From: Planctomycetota bacterium
GTDB lineage: Bacteria; Planctomycetota; UBA1135
Length of the DNA: 64,000 bases
NCBI GenBank assembly: GCA_018671175.1
Contig: JABHIE010000031.1
Location: 104,128 to 168,127, forward strand
Direction of reading: 5' to 3'
Under the pieces are notes generated by a model. The model did not search any database. It was not told the DNA's origin and saw only the letters and a list, made by a program, of their open reading frames with translations. The position numbers and the translations under genes were made by a program. This document shows, piece after piece, positions 63,401 to 64,000 of the stretch. Position 1 is the first letter of the stretch. Each line of letters opens with the position of its first letter.

Positions 63401-64000
63401 GTATTGTTCGCGCCCATTTCAATCGCATCGCAGATAAGGAAGCCTGGAAAATCAAGATGTCCAGTCGCTTGTCGCGTGGCGATGATTTGCCAAACGGCGT
63501 TTTGGAAATGGTCAAGATTCACATGGCAACCAAGCGAAACTTGTCCGTTGGTGACAAGATGGCTGGGCGTCACGGTAACAAGGGTGTGATTTCGGTCATC
63601 CTCCCTGAAGAAGACATGCCCTACCTTGAAGACGGCACGCCTTGCGACATCATTCTCAACCCACTTGGTGTTCCAAGTCGTATGAATGTCGGGCAGATCC
63701 TTGAAACCCACCTCGGCTGGGCGGCTGCCAATGGCGGTTTCCGAGCCATGACAGGGGCATTTGATGGGGCCAATGAAGCTGATATCGAGAAAGTTCTCGA
63801 AGAAGCCGGCTTGCCTATAAGTGGCGCCACGCAAATCATGGATGGCCGCACAGGCTCTGCTTTCGAGCAAGATGTCACCGTCGGCTACATGTATTGCCTC
63901 AAGTTGCACCACTTGGTTGACGCCAAGGTTCACGCTCGTTCAACTGGCCCATACAGCCTCATTACGCAGCAGCCTTTGGGTGGTAAAGCCCGATTCGGTG
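60466..64000 (+). CDS. rpoB: DNA-directed RNA polymerase beta subunit (N-terminal ~1178 codons; continues beyond window end)
   Basis: Not in the ORF track because it is open at the window edge. My translation from the ATG at 60466 reads [24 protein letters not shown]...[33 protein letters not shown].., and later [31 protein letters not shown].NIGLI, which are canonical RpoB segments. Confidence 0.97.
   Translation, partial: [1178 protein letters not shown]

Noticed and set aside
63208-63933. 241-aa minus-strand ORF inside rpoB
   Set aside because: It is antisense to canonical RpoB sequence, with no recognisable motif.

Overview
This 64-kb window is a densely packed chromosome segment from a diderm (Gram-negative-type) bacterium. 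By eye the GC content is in the mid-50s %. I count about 60 CDS and 4 tRNAs, and most are core housekeeping genes. In order: a partial trkH/ktrB; rpsO-pnp; purA-uppS-cdsA-phoH-ybeY plus a FliA-type sigma factor; kdsA and a lipid kinase; valS; rluD. Next comes a propionate/methylmalonyl-CoA module (split-type mutase large subunit, epimerase, carboxyltransferase, biotin carboxylase, BCCP), interrupted by glnS. Then typA; an MlaE/F/D-type transporter; dtd; HU/IHF; CBS plus cystathionine gamma-lyase; mutS2; aroC. The window ends with the classical tRNA(Thr-Tyr-Gly-Thr)-tuf-rpmG-secE-nusG-rplKAJL-rpoB block (rpoB runs off the end). I saw no rRNA, CRISPR array, transposase or integrase, prophage, or recognisable defence genes. 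The less ordinary parts are all cell-envelope loci. (1) A lipoprotein made of about 15 tandem aromatic-Pro repeats is translationally coupled to the Mla-like transporter. (2) An orphan module of a Skp-like protein, a short lipo-secretin and a GspK-like protein sits between pnp and purA, followed by a convergently overlapping ORF with weak sigma-factor resemblance. (3) Two tandem TPR paralogues lie upstream of trkH, opposite a 956-aa Ig-domain lipoprotein with a (GGN)16 tract. (4) A secreted MA-clan-like protein has its HEXXH motif changed to HRVGH. (5) A MutS2 lacking the Smr domain is followed directly by a stand-alone receiver domain. None can be shown to be a new system from sequence alone. 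All function calls come from motifs I recognised by eye, not from searches. Start codons are my choices among the alternatives in the ORF track, which uses the most upstream ATG/GTG/TTG.
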